Origin: Chrysomallon squamiferum
Lineage: Eukaryota; Animalia; Mollusca
DNA length: 64,000 bases
Direction: 5' to 3'
Assembly (NCBI GenBank): GCA_012295275.1
Contig: CM022671.1
Coordinates: 2,108,001 to 2,172,000 of the forward strand
The notes beneath the pieces were generated by a model. That model searched no databases and had not been told where the DNA came from. It saw only the letters and a list, made by a program, of their open reading frames with translations. Position numbers and translations under genes: made by a program. How positions within the stretch are numbered: the stretch's first letter is position 1; the number at the start of each line of letters is the position of its first letter. Positions 26,648 to 41,558 of this stretch are shown one piece after another.

Positions 26648-28918
26648 GAAATAATATAAAATAATATAATATAAGTATTTATATGTTTGCACAATAATGA
26701 CAGATTGTAAATCGTATTCTGAATATGTAGAGGAAACTTGTAAAACTGGAAACTATATTATTGTGTCTAACAGCAGCTTGATTTGACATGAATAATTTGT
26801 GCACTAGCATCGATAATAAAAATAATAATGATGATAATACCAATAATGACATTAATAATAATGTAGATCATAATAAAAATAATAATTATGATGATGATAA
26901 TAAATGAATAAATAAATAAGTTTCTTTAGCATTTAGAAAGGTTACAAAAATATAATTATAAATGTGAAAATAATAAGCAATGAATGAAAGAAAAGAAAAC
27001 AGAACAATAATAGGAATTAAAGATACAAAAATATATAAAAATAAAAAGATACCTTAAATAGCGACACATTATTAGGTTTGTAACAGTTAAATTTATCTTG
27101 TTCTTCCATATAATTATGCTAATATATTTTCCTAAGCGGTCATAAATGACACAAATCATATGACTTACAGCAGAAAAATAAACATGTACAATCTTTCTTT
27201 AGTTAATTAACACATTTATAAGCTAAAACACACAAGAAGCTAAGATTGTATATAGATTCTCTATATAAGAGGCCAGAGAACCTATTAATTAAATCCTGTC
27301 TTTTATTACTTTATTTATAGCCACTCAGTATAACAGACAGCAAAATAATCAACTTATTTACTTAATTATAACTACAGCAATAATTTTATTATCATTATTT
27401 GTTTTATTTAATTTATTTTTTACATTTTATTTTGGAAATAGATTTCGGCCAATAGTCTTATTATTTTGGCTGTATGTGTATTATTTTATATTTCTTTCGC
27501 TATCTCGGTTACTGTTTAATGTATTGTTGTTATTTCAATACCGCTAAATAATCTGTTCCTGTTCTATTGCAGTACTACGAATTTTCTATGCATTCTTAAT
27601 TTAACAGTCACTGTTTATTTATTACAGAAAAACAATGGAAGTTTCCAAGCAAGAGTCAAACTGTACACGGAAACCAGCTTCTTCGTCTGAATACATTTTA
27701 GAAGTTACTGCTAATTCTAATGATGACGATACTGTTTATTTATGTAATTAATTAAATCCATGATGATTATAGCTACATCTACAACCGTTACTTCTACGTC
27801 AGCAAAATCACTTACGTTAGAAAGATCATAACCAGGGTGCACAAAACGGAAAATATAATCAAATTTTTAAAGAAACTTTACAATTTATATGTATATAAAC
27901 AATTCTGATCTGCTTAGAAATATGTTTAACTATCGAAAGTTGAGAAACAAATACACTGTCTTTTAACGCTGTAGATGTTGTTATAATTCTGTTTTTGAAA
28001 TTTCCGTGGTAAAAGATTTTGTTTTTTGTTTTTTTTTGTTTTTTAGTTTTTTTAATTTTATAACTTTCTTAAAGTTATTAATCTTTATCATTGTTTGATG
28101 TCGTGTACCTTTTTGTTTGTTCGTTTTCTATATGGTTTTTTTCTATGATTATATTTAATTTATAATGTGTGTTTAGATAGTATATATATATATATTTGTT
28201 TTCTTAAGTTATAAAGAAATATTTATTCCGAAACTTGAATTTTTAAGATTAATTATTTATGTCAAAAGAAACAATATTTCAAAATACATACAGTGGTCAC
28301 TCATACTTTTAATATAAAAAAATATGTTTGTTATTTATCTCGCCATTCCTTCATGTAATTACAGAGATTACTATATGGAAAATAAAAATATTTAGTTAGT
28401 GTAAAGTAAGTAATTAAATAAGCGAAAGAAGTTTCGGGATGGCAATTTAAGACATTTTTCTTTATTTATGATGAGGAAGAACTGAATTTATGTAATGTTA
28501 AACTTATTTGAAACTTAAAAATAATTAAATAATAGGACTTGAATTTAAAAATAAAATAGCATGTAGACGACAGTTTTAACATGACTAATAGAACCGGTTT
28601 AATAATCTTCTTTGAATTCGTAAAACACGAAATAACTTCCTCTTTTATTTATTTAATTAGTCGTGAAAAATCACGTGATCTAACAGTTACTACGTCAGCT
28701 ATCAAATTACCATACATGATCACATTTCTTTTGTTAGAAATCTTTCTTCTCGTGGAATTAAGACCACTGCAGTGTACAGAAATGACAATTATTGAAACAA
28801 TGAATAGTTTCTTTATTTTTTTTTCTTCAATAAACAAATCTGATTATTAGTCTGATATCAACATTCATAATATATCAACAAAAAAAAAAAAAAAAAAAAA
28901 GAAGAAGAAATGATGATG

Positions 28919-28979
<61 letters not shown>

Positions 28980-29770
28980 CATAAATAAATAACTACAATA
29001 AAAGCATAATAAATAAATAAATAAATAAAACAAGGATTTATATGTTTGCACAAAGATTATAGTTTATAAATCACGTTCTGAATACGTAGAGAGAACTTGT
29101 AAAACTGGAAACTGTTTATATTATCGTGTCTAACAGCAGCTTTAATTATATAATTTGTTACTGTCAAAAGAAAAATGACAAAACATTAAAAAAAACTGCA
29201 GAGGAACATGATTTAACCATTTGTCAAAGCTCTTTTTGATTCAGAAATAAAATTAACTTAAAGATGCTTTAGCTTAAATTGATTTTAAAAAGCGAAAAAA
29301 GTCTGCTTTTTTCTACAAATTTACATGAATAGTTTGTGCACTAGTATTGATAATAAAAACAATAATGATGATGATAACAAGAACGATAATAATAAAAATA
29401 ATTTTATGATGATGATGATGATGATGGTCATAAATAAATAAATAAGAAAGAGACCTTTAACAGCAACACATTGTCAGGTTTTGTAACAGTTAAAATTATC
29501 TTGTTCATTTAGTGTATTTATGCTTGTATATCTCCTACAGCTGTCATAGATAACACGTCATATAACTTATAGTAGAAAAAAAAATACAATCTGTCTTTAG
29601 TGAATTAACAGACTTATAAGCTAAAACACACAAGACGCTAAAATTGTATATAGATTCTCTCTCTACAGAGGCCAGATAATCTATTGATTATATCCCGTTT
29701 TTAGTATTTTATTTATAACATATAGTATTTACTTAAATATAACTACAGCAATACTTTTATTATTATTATT
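25950..29770 (+). repeat. Local direct duplication (about 25950-27400 vs 28220-29770) containing a CpG-richer block with CACGTG and TACGTCA motifs
   Basis: GAATTCGTAAAACACGAAAT..TCACGTGATCT..TACGTCAGCTATCAAATTACC occurs at about 26321 and 28615, with colinear flanks. Confidence 0.8.
27628..27751 (+). CDS. Terminal cytoplasmic exon of receptor family (paralog of 53300-53423), possible alternative last exon for unit A or B
   Basis: ttacag acceptor, phase 2, KTMEVSKQESNCTRKPASSSEYILEVTANSNDDDTVYLCN*. The open frame is conserved with the second copy. Confidence 0.5.
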
Positions 29771-30830
29771 AGTATTAGTATTAATATTGGTATTACTGTT
29801 GTTGTTGTTGTTGCTGATGTTGTTATTGTTCTACACTATACTTAAAAATATTTTTAATATACAGATTAAATGCAAAATATATAGCATAAAAAAACTATAT
29901 ACACGCACCAAAAATGATAAAATACATCAACATTATTTAATAAAGTGAATTAAATTATTTTGTGTGGAGTAAAATTTGTATTGTCATTGGAAAACCATAT
30001 ATATATATATATAACATTATTTAACAAAGTGCCGTAAAATATATAAAAGAAAAACTATATATTTTAATTACAAATATTAAACTTTCTTTTGTTGTAATCT
30101 GTAAATATTAATTTATGTTTATATATATAACATATTACAATAATTGATTAATTAAATAAATAGTAATAATAATAAGTGTATTTTCTCTTCTTTTCTTTTT
30201 TATTATGATTAATATTATTATTTACTTGTTCAGTTTTTCTTTTGTTCTTTCATTTAGAACATAAATACACTTCTTATTCACTTACTAGTGAAGTGCTTAG
30301 ATGTAGCAGAAGGTAGACAAAAAAAGAAACATTTTCTCTTTGTAAAGAAACACGAAGAATGAAAACTGCAGTTTTACAATTTAACGAAAAAAACACAAAA
30401 AACCTTGGATTTGTGAATAATTTTGAAATTTGTTCTAAACTAGATTGCTTTAGCATTGGTAAATTGCTATTTAAAGTAAACAGAAAATCACTGGTAATAT
30501 TATTAACATTACGTAACACACTGTAGTTGTCTAAAGATATTCATTCAAGTGTGAAATGTGAGTCATTTTATTACAACTTATATATTACCTTGAAAGGTAC
30601 ATGTAAAGAATTTTGATTCGCTCTACCCAATATAGACCTTCCTGACTTTACAGCTCAGATTAACAATTCTCAGTAAAAGGTATTTTCTGAGGACTGCATG
30701 GAGTTTATCTAGAGTTTATTTATTTCCTTATCAATGATCTTGTTATTTTAGTGTATGACTTAACTGGGTGACTGTGGGGCTAAAAATTACGCTGCGTCTT
30801 CTTCTTATAATACTATCCTGCTTCTTGATA

Positions 30831-30864
<34 letters not shown>

Positions 30865-31689
30865 GTAATAATAATAATAATGAGAACAAACAACACACAG
30901 TTACAAACAAACTACATTTAAAAAAAAAAAAAAAGAAACACAGCCTCACGCAAACTCTAAAAAATATATTTAGAAATAACGTACAGGAAGAAAGTGAAAT
31001 AAATAAATAAAAAGCAATGAATGAAAGAAAAGAAAACTTAAAAATGAAGATATGAGAAAGAAAAAGATAAAAGAAAGAAAGACAGAGGGAAATACAGAAA
31101 TAAATAAATATGGACAAATGAATAAAAGAAAAGAAAATTGGAAAAGTTAAGAAATGAAGCAGAAAGAAAACAAAAAGAATTCAAAAATTAATGATAGAAA
31201 GATGGATTGAGAAGGACAACGTAGTCTGTCTGTACTTCTATGTTTCAGTTATGTTTTTATCTCTAAATACCAAAAACTACAAACGAAACAAAACAAAGAA
31301 AAAAAAAAGAAAAAGAAAATGAAAAGAAAAGAAAAAAAGAATACATAAAAGAGAATAAGAAATACAGAAAGAAAGGAGAAGGAGAATGGAAGTAAGAATA
31401 GAAAACCGAAGGTAAACATAAAAAAAGGAAGATTTTGTATTGGTATCACAGTTTACCTTTTTATACAAACGCGGGCAGTTCAGTTATAATTCCATTTTAT
31501 GTTATGTTTTCTTTATGACGAATACACTCACAGACACAGTTACAACAATGGATATTACATTATAGAACAGTTTGTCTTTTATCACAGTTCCTGTTTTAAT
31601 CACCTTTGCAAGTTTTTTTATGGACAGTTTTTATACTATCAATGCTTTATTTTTCTGCATATAACGTGTTATAGTCTCTTGGCCTCAGA

Positions 31690-31764
<75 letters not shown>

Positions 31765-32706
31765 TTTTTCTCTGCAAACTGATTGTTTCGTTATATACGA
31801 CTTTTTCATTCTTTTAATATGACGAATAACCAGTGTAATATATAGGAATTCTTTTCTTTTTGTTTTTAATAATAATGTAGTTTTAACATATTTTACACAA
31901 AACAAAAGTAACCAGCATTTTCATTTCAAATGAAACAACAATGTAATAAACCATATGTTCGTAAAATCAAGCTAGCAGAAGTGATATGTAAAAGTGTTAT
32001 TTTTAATACATAAAATATTGAAAGAGTTCACTGAGGATGCGTGTCAAACGTGTAAGTATACGGTAATTTTAAATGTATCACCACACTTATCTCCCTTTAA
32101 AAGAAAGTAAGGAAGGCAGAAGATAGACGCAGTTTTGTACATGCACTTTTAAATTTTTATTTTTCTATTAGCAGGCTGTTATCTTTGATAGGGAGGCATG
32201 TAGCCCACACTTTGATCAGTCCGTCTTGAAGAACTCGCAGGTATTTGTCAAATGTATGTAATCAAATGTTGGCTGTTGTAATTCACAGAGTTCATATAAA
32301 AATGATTAGTATGTAATTCTTTTTCTTTTTTCTTTTTTTACTTATTTTAACACATTTGTCAACAGGTAAAACTGGCCAAGAAATTTATTTAACACATTTA
32401 TTAACATTTTGAAACATAAATATGATGACAAATAATAATAATAATAATAACACAATAATAATAATAATAATAATAATAATATAAACCCATTAGGCTCTTT
32501 TCTCATTAAACTGTTTTATGCAATATCATGATTTATTAAATAACAAAATGGTTATATACATATTTTACAATTGTCATATTTTCTTAATAATATTTATAAA
32601 TATGTGTCACATTTATCAAAGTATCCAGCTTTTCATACATACACACACAACATCAAAATTAGCAAATTGATGTTATTTATTGTCATGACATTTATTTTGA
32701 ACATCT

Positions 32707-35700
32707 TCATATTGATGTTTTCTTTGATTTCTTCTTTCCAAGCTTTAGTGGGCCCAGAAGTTTGAAAGTACTCCTGAAGTAAACCAAGACAAATAATAAA
32801 CATAGAATTTAAATTAATTAATTTATCCGACTTACATCTATACTTTTTATTATCATTACAAATATGAATAAAAATAATAATCAATCATATAAGCATCAAA
32901 CATGAAATAACCAAATGGCAACTGTACACAGCTGAAACAATAACTTTAAAGTAACAGAATCTACTGAACTTCCTTCATGTTTCTAAAAACATTCTGACCT
33001 ATTTTAGGTTATTTAAATCTTTCCAACATCAAATCGTGTAAATTAGAGACTTTCAAAATAAAGATAAATAGACTGGTAAGAAATTCATATTACCATTCAA
33101 TAATGACAAGACAAGTCTCTATAACACAGTCTGAAGTTAGCTACCTCCATTACAAATGTAGATAATAAATTAGTATGCTGTGGGTTTCACAACAAAAATA
33201 ATAATTTAATTATTAAAACAATGATACTACTAGTAATAGTACCTATTCAGAAAATTATACTTTTAATTTTTATACCCGTACGCTTATTGAATATCATTTA
33301 AAATGTGTAATTTCCAAGAACAAATCTTGACTGGGAACCAGTTAGTTAAGTATATGTTTTGTTCTCAATACATTCCAAACAATCAGAATTATATACAAAT
33401 GGTAATAATTTATTTCTGTAAATTTAAAATTTTAAATTTTTTTCTTACACCAAAGATAATAAATAAGTAAAAATTAATGAAAAAAAACAACAACAACTAA
33501 AAAACTAAAAAGTATTCCCCTATTAAATTCAAAAAAAAAAAAACCTACTAGATAAACATACAGAACACACATAACCAATGTCTATAAGATTTCGATGACA
33601 GAAACAAGCTGCTCGGTAATCCACCTGAGCTTTTGGAGGCAAAGTCAGTTTGGAACGGATATTGGGATCAGGCAGGAAAATCCACTGAAAAATAAACAAG
33701 AGTAACAACACCTAAACTTTTAACTATTAATAATTAATAATATTTGATGTCAAACACGAGTTTTTGCATATTCAAGACATTCAATACTGAAAGACAGTAA
33801 AATATTATTAATATTTAGTTATTAGGAGCAATTACACTTCAAATACATGGAACAACAACAACACAAAAACAGTTACAAAGCAGAAAAGCTATCACATTCC
33901 TCCAGAACTTACCAAGAGGTAATGAAAAAGTCCTGCCATTTTGGAATCTCTAAATATGTACCTCCTGTTATGTCACAAGCCTTGAAAAATAAATCAGCTA
34001 AAAAAACAAAACATTAAGTCTTCAGTTCTGTATTCTTAAAATGATTATTATTTTTCTTTTTTTACATATTTATCACATACACTGTTAAATAGATAACATA
34101 GTTTACCAGGTGTAATTCTGAAACTTAAACTGATGACTGTTGTTAGTTTTTTATTTTATAAATAATTATGAAAACAATTTATTTATTACTATTATTTTTT
34201 ATATCAGGAACTGAGGAAGGAAAGGTTATTAAAAAATATATTTTTACAAATAAACGGATAATTGTAATAGACCTGTTGAAGCAATCCTGATTCATTATCG
34301 AGAACACAAGCATCAACAAAAACATTCTGAAACAGAAAAATAAATAGTAATTAAAAAATCATTTAAATTTTTAAAATACATTTACCATTGAATTAGGTTA
34401 AAGAAGATTCCTTAAATGAATCTTTATCCCTCTGGCCTACAAGTTGTATATTGAGCTATAAATCTCCACAAACAGTATCAGGGAAAAAATAAAAAAACAG
34501 TTATATTTCCAAAGTTACATTCAAATTATTTAATAAAAATATGTTTAGTTCAAGTGATGTTAGTTTAGAATGAGAAAAAGTGTATTATAGTTCAGACCTG
34601 TGTTCTAGTTGCTGAACTACTGATTGCCTGTTTCTGTGCAGTAAAACCATCGTTCGCAAAGTTCAAATACAGAGTACTATTGTCTTCAGAACCTTTGATT
34701 ACCAAAAAACAAAGAAACGTATATTTAAACTTACGATATGCAGCATAGAGAATTTGAACAGAAATACAATATATAACATTTTCCTTACTAAAAATAAAGC
34801 TAATTTTTTCATTATCAATAAAACAAAATTTTATTATACTTGATTAAACAGTTAAATTACATAGATATAACAAAATATTCTTCCAGTCTGGCAGTGAGAT
34901 ATATATAAAAACACCAACACACACATACAGATTAAAATCAGGAAAAAGTAAATTTAATAAATATTTTATGTAGGCATGTATATATAAATAAATATAAATA
35001 TGCTTGTGAAAATGTTTATTTCATTTACCAAAATCCTTGCAGACTGTGTCTGATCAAATGAACATTCTTTGTCCATTCTGTCAATATCTTAAACTACAGT
35101 TAGGGAAACACAGAAATAGTACAGTCTCTTCAAATAACAGATCAGTGAAACCTAATCTGTAAACACATTTTGTGAATTTCCAAGTTTCTGTTTTATTATA
35201 CATCATGATCATCGCTAATCCAGATTTTGCTATATTGTGTCAGTTATCACCTATTTGTTTTCTTCTGTTCTTTATGTCTGATAACCAGCTGTACTAAAAA
35301 ATTGTCCATGGTTGTGTGACAAGAAACAAATAACATTTTTTTAATTCACAATATTTAAAATTAGAATTAAGAAGAATTTCAATGAAGAGGATAGAGCACA
35401 ATGCCATTGTCATAGCTCCAGCAATCAGTGAATCAGCAAAGAGTTCACTTTCCAAACCTAAATTATTTATAAATACAAAAAGTAATAAAATATTTCCAGA
35501 TTTGCTCATCGATTGATTACAGATAAAGCAGTACATTATCTATCCCTTCCTTGTAACCATAAATTATATTCAGACTTTAAATATCAATATAAATGTAATA
35601 CATGCTTAACTTTAGAAGTTCTAACACCCAAAACCCATTTTAACAGCATACAAAGCCACACAATCACAACTGTACAATATAGTGTCCATGAATTTATTTT

Positions 35701-36819
35701 ATAGAAAACAATTTCCACCAAATTAGTCAGTCAGAATACAGTGTTCTCTGATTAAAAAGACATCATTAATTTTGAGTTTTAATTTGATCTGTTCTTAAAT
35801 TTGTTGATGAATTTAACAAGACAAAGTGGTTTCATGTATTAATTTATCTGATTTTCTTTTTCAAATTAAAAAGTTGCACTCTCCTAAGTTTTATCTAACA
35901 GCTCAATTTTTACAGTGAACGAATATCCATAAAAACTGAAAAGTGGTTCTATTAAAAATAGAAATATTATAATTATTAATATGCCATCGTTCTGGGCCTA
36001 ACGGTTAACTCCACACATCCAACTATAATAAAGACTTACTGCTAATAACAAGTTTTTTCATCTCTGACTGAAGGTAGCCATCCACCAGACCAAATAACTC
36101 ATACTTTCCATCATTAGCCATCTACAGGACTGTTGCCTTGTCCACTGTGTGTTGTATCATGTTTTGGATAGAAGAACTGTCCAGGACAATGACAAGAAGA
36201 CTGCTGATATTTTTATCTATAAAATAATAATATTTTGCACATACAAGTATTTAATAGAAAAAAACAACAACAATTTGATATTTAATAATACCACTATTAA
36301 ACAAAACCACATTTGATTTTTTATTAATCAGCTGTGCTCATGAATTATATGTCATTTTTCTAAGTTAAAAACAAAAGATAAATAAATAAATATAAGAATA
36401 AATTGAATTACTTTTAAGAAAGCGATGATGTGACCCTGAATAGAATGTCCAATAAATAATTTACACATAAAAGTCACTTTTAAAAACAATACTTATTTAT
36501 TTATTTTTATATTTTATTAATCTATAATAGAAATATTACTAATAACAGTTTATTCTTAAACTTAAAAGTAAAACTATAAAATGTATATTTTAAAAAGCTG
36601 TTTCTGTTAAACTTAAATATAGAAACAAAAAATATGTATTGAAGCATACCGCCCATAATTAACAGTTATATCTGCTTAATGAACTTAACAACTACTTCGA
36701 GAGAAACGGAACAAAAAGCTATCAACTGGCATTTTGTCATTTCTTTATCTACATGGACAGCGTAACAATGACTAAATAGGGGTGATAACTCCCACCCTGA
36801 TTCCTGACGAAACCGCCAT
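32707..36819 (-). pseudogene. GTF2H3: GTF2H3 copy 2, disabled
   Basis: Same exons inverted (e.g. [25 protein letters not shown] at about 33550-33685). A ~1.1 kb deletion fuses exon 2 to exon 4 at about 36180, the FSPICSTC exon is deleted (about 33195), and the U12 donor is mutated. Confidence 0.93.
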
Positions 36820-36870
36820 CTGTAACATTGTTTTATTCGAATGAAATTCAAAACTGGAACACTAGTGAAC

Positions 36871-39800
36871 ATGAATAGGAAAGGTATAACATTCATTTTA
36901 AACAAATTTTTGTTTTAATTCGATGTTACTGTAAAGAAAAAATATATAATAATAAGAAAATAAATTATAAACATGAAAACTTTCAGAAGTGAAATAGAAA
37001 AAATAATTAAGAATCGTAGGGCTGTAGTTTATAGTTACTCTGATACTGATATTATAAATAATATAATATTTTAATATTTATTTGTTATTTACGATGTCTT
37101 GTAAGTTGTAAAATTATAAAATCACAGAAATGCTTTTATAAAACATGCTCAATGTTTTAACACAAAACAAACCTAACAGTAACACTGATATTCACTGTTC
37201 ATCTGTTCTTTACTTTCTGTTCATTCTGTTTTTTGAGGAGTAATGCTGCTGTATGGCAATGCTGTATACACAGTTTGACCGATATGATAGTGTTTCTGTT
37301 TAATGTAATTAAATCATATAAACAGTTTTATTAGCAGTATTTGTACAAGATTATCCACCAACAATATCATTTTTGTCAGCAGTAATGGTAAAAACTGGCA
37401 ATTTTAACATTTTCACCATATTTTATTGGAGGCTAGGATCTGTTTTGCTCTAATTCTCCAATATATTTCGTTTCTCTATTAATTTCCTTAGTGACACATA
37501 CTGACATAGCATCATTAAGACAGATACCTTGCAGACTGAATGTACAGAATATAATTATAGGTTAATATCAGGTTTTCATTGGATGACAGATTAGAATAGA
37601 TTATTGGCAAAGTTGTTATATTAGTCTATTTTTTTGGAAATAGTTTGTACATCACCTGTGCATATTTTCCATGAATCCAAACAAATATAGGTATACTTCA
37701 TTTTTAATATGTTTTCTAAAACAGGTGAAAATATCCAAATGAAAGAATAACTTGTAAATATACATATGACTGACCTATTTGCACATACAACAAATTCAGT
37801 ATTTTTTACTTGTCAAACTTTTCAAATTTATTGAAGCAAATAAAGGTAATTGTTTTCAATATGGAAAGGTGCACTTGTGTGCAAAACAATTTGTGCTTGC
37901 CTTCAGTTTGCTATTTTAATAAGTAAATTCATTAAATTATTGTGAGTTTGTACCAGAGTTTGTAGCATATTTTGAAATTACAATAACTACTACTACTACT
38001 ACTACTATTTTTATTATACAGTTGAGACATTAGCTGAGATGAGAGCTCGACTGAAGGATCCTATAAATACCCTGAGTCAAACAGAAAGCAGTGTCACATC
38101 AATTTCATCTGGATGTGAACTCTTCTTAAGATTTATCACACTGGCAAATCTTCAGCATTCAGCAAGTATTGATTCTATCAAACAAGCCTTCCAATAAGAT
38201 CTTCACATTAAGGAGCAAGTCTGAAACTTTAATTTCAGAGGTTAAAATAATATAATATAAATTGTAATGAATAACTGTCTGTCAGGCTCAGAAAACATTT
38301 AGATTTTGGATGAGAGATCTGCAGTCTGTGTTAGGTTTGTCACCCAGTAGCCATTAATATTTCCTCTGTTTTATCTCTGTGCTGTTGAAAGAAGACATAA
38401 AATTGATCCATTAATTTTGAAATTATTCATTTTCTTCTTGTTTACTGTAACTGTAAAATACATTTATTTATTATGCCATTTAACAGTTGTTGTCTAATAT
38501 TCATTGTTAGATAATTGTATATTATAATCACACACACATACACACACATAATAGTTTGTAGTTATTTTAGAGATCTCTTTATTTAATTACAGTGATTTCT
38601 GTTTTATAGGATTTTCAAGAATGTCAAAACATTCTGGTACAATGAGGGAATTTATTTCTTCAAAAAATTGCCAGTTCCTGTCAAAAAATTAGCCAGATTA
38701 GCTCATCCATTTATTGCATATGGAGCAGTAAGTTGTCTCCCCCTTGCTTGTAATCATAAATTATATTCAGGCCTTAAATATTAATATAAATGTAATTCAT
38801 ACTTAAATTTAAAAGTTCTAATATCCAAAATTCCTTTTAATTGCATACAGAGACAATCAGTTACTATAGTGTCCATAAATTTATTTAATGATCAATGATC
38901 TCAGTGAACTAGTTATAAACTATTCAAGTATCCTTCAAGATCTGCAACCTTTTAAAAATAATTTTCTGAAATCCTCATCACACACACACACACATACACA
39001 TTCATACATATATACACATACACACATATAAACATATATTATCTCTTTTTTTCAGTCTGTTGTTATCCAGTTTTTATCTGCACTGGCCTTTAAGATTTTA
39101 GTTCAATACACTTAGTTAAGGTTAATAATTAGTTAGTAAGGAATTTGTGTTGTGGCATGGTAACTTTTATTATTGTTGTAAATTACTGGATTTATTACAA
39201 CTACTAGTACTTACAATTACTATTATCACAGTCATTTTCTTAATTATTATTAGTAATGTTCTATTATAATTATCTTGTTTGTACTTCAAGAGTTGTACTT
39301 CAACTATTAAAGGAGGCTGCAGAAGCCAAGAAAAGATTAGAAGTCTATGTCACAGAATCTCTTCCTGACAAATCAGGGTAAAAATATTTAAAACCAACAT
39401 TCGTCTGTTTAATATTATCTTTTATTTATATCATTATGTAAATTTACCTACATCTTACTCAAAATATTTTCTTTTTTCATGTATTATAATTTTATTTTAT
39501 TTTTTAAAGCATATTTTCAAATATATTTACAAAACCTGTTTCATAGAATTTTCTCAAAAGGATTCTCATTTTGCCTTTCTGTTTAAAAAAGAAAAGAAAA
39601 TGACTTATTGTTGAAATAGATAATGAAACCTAGGCTTAAAGAAAACACTGGATATTGGTGGTTAACATCAGCCTTGATGTTACACAGAATAATATTCTAA
39701 ATGTATTTCACATATATCCAGATCATTGTATTATTTAATACTTGTTACAGTTTTTGTTATTAATAAAATACAGCAAGGTCCTGAAAATGTATGATGACAC

Positions 39801-41135
39801 TATGACAAAAGTAAATTAACAAAATAAATAAATACATGACAAAATGAATTTTAGAAGGATTAATTTATTCAGATTATAAATCAGAAATATATTTGCAGCT
39901 GGAGCTGGTAAATATTCTTGTTGTATCTCTATCGTTCATTCTTTCTACTTCTGTGTATGTATGAGTGGTTTCATTCTTTATTTTCTGTTTCTTTATATTT
40001 ATTTACTATTAAAAGAAAACAACCCTCCAAAACAGGAAAAACAGGAACAAAACAAGTGAAAATTATTAACCAGTTTAAATGAAAATAGCAGGTGTATTTA
40101 TGGTTTTTCAGGTGTCAGACATACAAAGAGTTATCTGCTCTTGGTATTCCCACGACTGTTGTTTTGGATTCTGCAGTAGGGTAAGTTGATTTCAAAAATG
40201 AATTCTTTCTAATAATCATTATTTCCTTACTTGACAAATACCCACATTTTTATCTCCCTCCCCATCTCTGTCTGTTTATCTGGCTCTCTATTTCTGTGTA
40301 TATGGCTATATTAAATTTTCATAATCATAATGGTAATCTATTTAATCAGTTCTGGCTTTTAAAGTTTATTATATCTTTCTCTGATTTTTCTTTTTTTTTC
40401 TTCTGAATATATATTTTTGTGTTTAAATAATTTTGCATTCTTGTATCAATTATTTGAAATATAGTCTTGTAGAATCTTGCTTCAAATATTTTTGTTATGC
40501 TTATTTAGGTATGTAATGGAAAAAGTGGATCTTGTTTTGGTAGGTGCAGAAGGAGTAGTAGAAAGTGGAGGAATTATAAATAAGGTATCTAGTTAACATT
40601 TATTTTGTGTCCATCATAAGTGTTGACCATAATGATGTAATAATAATGTTGAAGATGATGATGATGATATTTTGTATATTTCCAAGTTCTTCTGGCAGTC
40701 AGTTTTAGCTAGCAAGAAAAGATAACAGTAAAGTAACAGGTTTATGAAGATGTAACAGGACTGAGATTTACATAAATAGAAATATGTTAAAAATCTGATT
40801 GCCTGAGTAAACTGTTGGAAAATGGCAAGGGGAGAAGAGAAAAATGTCAGTTCATTATTTTATTATTTTACTATAATAATGTATCATTAATACAGACTTG
40901 TGACAAGAAACAAATCAAATATTCATGTAGGTGTGTGAAAAACAGTTATCAGCATTTGTTTATATCATGTGAGGTACACTTTAATGCTTCTGTTATTGTT
41001 TCTGTACAGATTGGAACATACACAATGGCCATATCAGCTAAAGCTATGAATAAACCAGTGTACGTAGTTGCTGAAAGTTTTAAGTTTGTTCGACTCTATC
41101 CTCTGAATCAGCAGGATATTCCAAATCAGTTTAAG
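36871..41135 (+). pseudogene. EIF2B1: EIF2B1 copy 2, disabled, last exon absent
   Basis: ATG at 36871, exons at about 38022-38161, 38610-38727, 39286-39377, 40112-40180, 40509-40584 and 41010-41135. TGA at 38643-38645, +1 frameshift near 38691, and deleted acceptor plus first codons near 39283. Homology ends before the final exon. Confidence 0.93.
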
Positions 41136-41527
41136 GTAACATGAAATAGATTCATATTTTTATCACTTTTTAAAATAATTTATTTTCCTTTTTTAAAGAT
41201 ATTTTTGATTCGTAAATTTTGTTAAATCCTTTCAATTACACATTTGTCACCCCTTTTATTCATTATAATTATATATTTCTTTATCTATCTGTCTAATCTA
41301 TCAATGTTTCATTGTTTTATTTATTTTTGTATTGTTAGAATCCTCTTATTATATTTGTGAAATGATAAATCTTCTTTTTTGTTACATTGTGATATTTTTT
41401 ACAATGAATATTAAAATTGCTTTATATATATTTGTTAATATAATATACAAGAAAAAACATCAGAATATATCAGAATACATGGACGAATGTAATACTTTTA
41501 GGAATGAACTCCAAATAATAATAATAA

Positions 41528-41558
<31 letters not shown>

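Larger units (their letters stand above)
29980..41400 (-). repeat. Inverted segmental duplication of about 560-13990 (EIF2B1-GTF2H3 block)
   Basis: The reverse complement matches exons, introns and 3' flank colinearly, with many substitutions and indels. Confidence 0.95.

Noticed and set aside
37270-37960. Copy-2-specific insertion in EIF2B1 intron with short open frames
   Set aside because: No recognisable domain or termini. Part (about 37690-37760) only matches an intronic repeat at 8581-8650.
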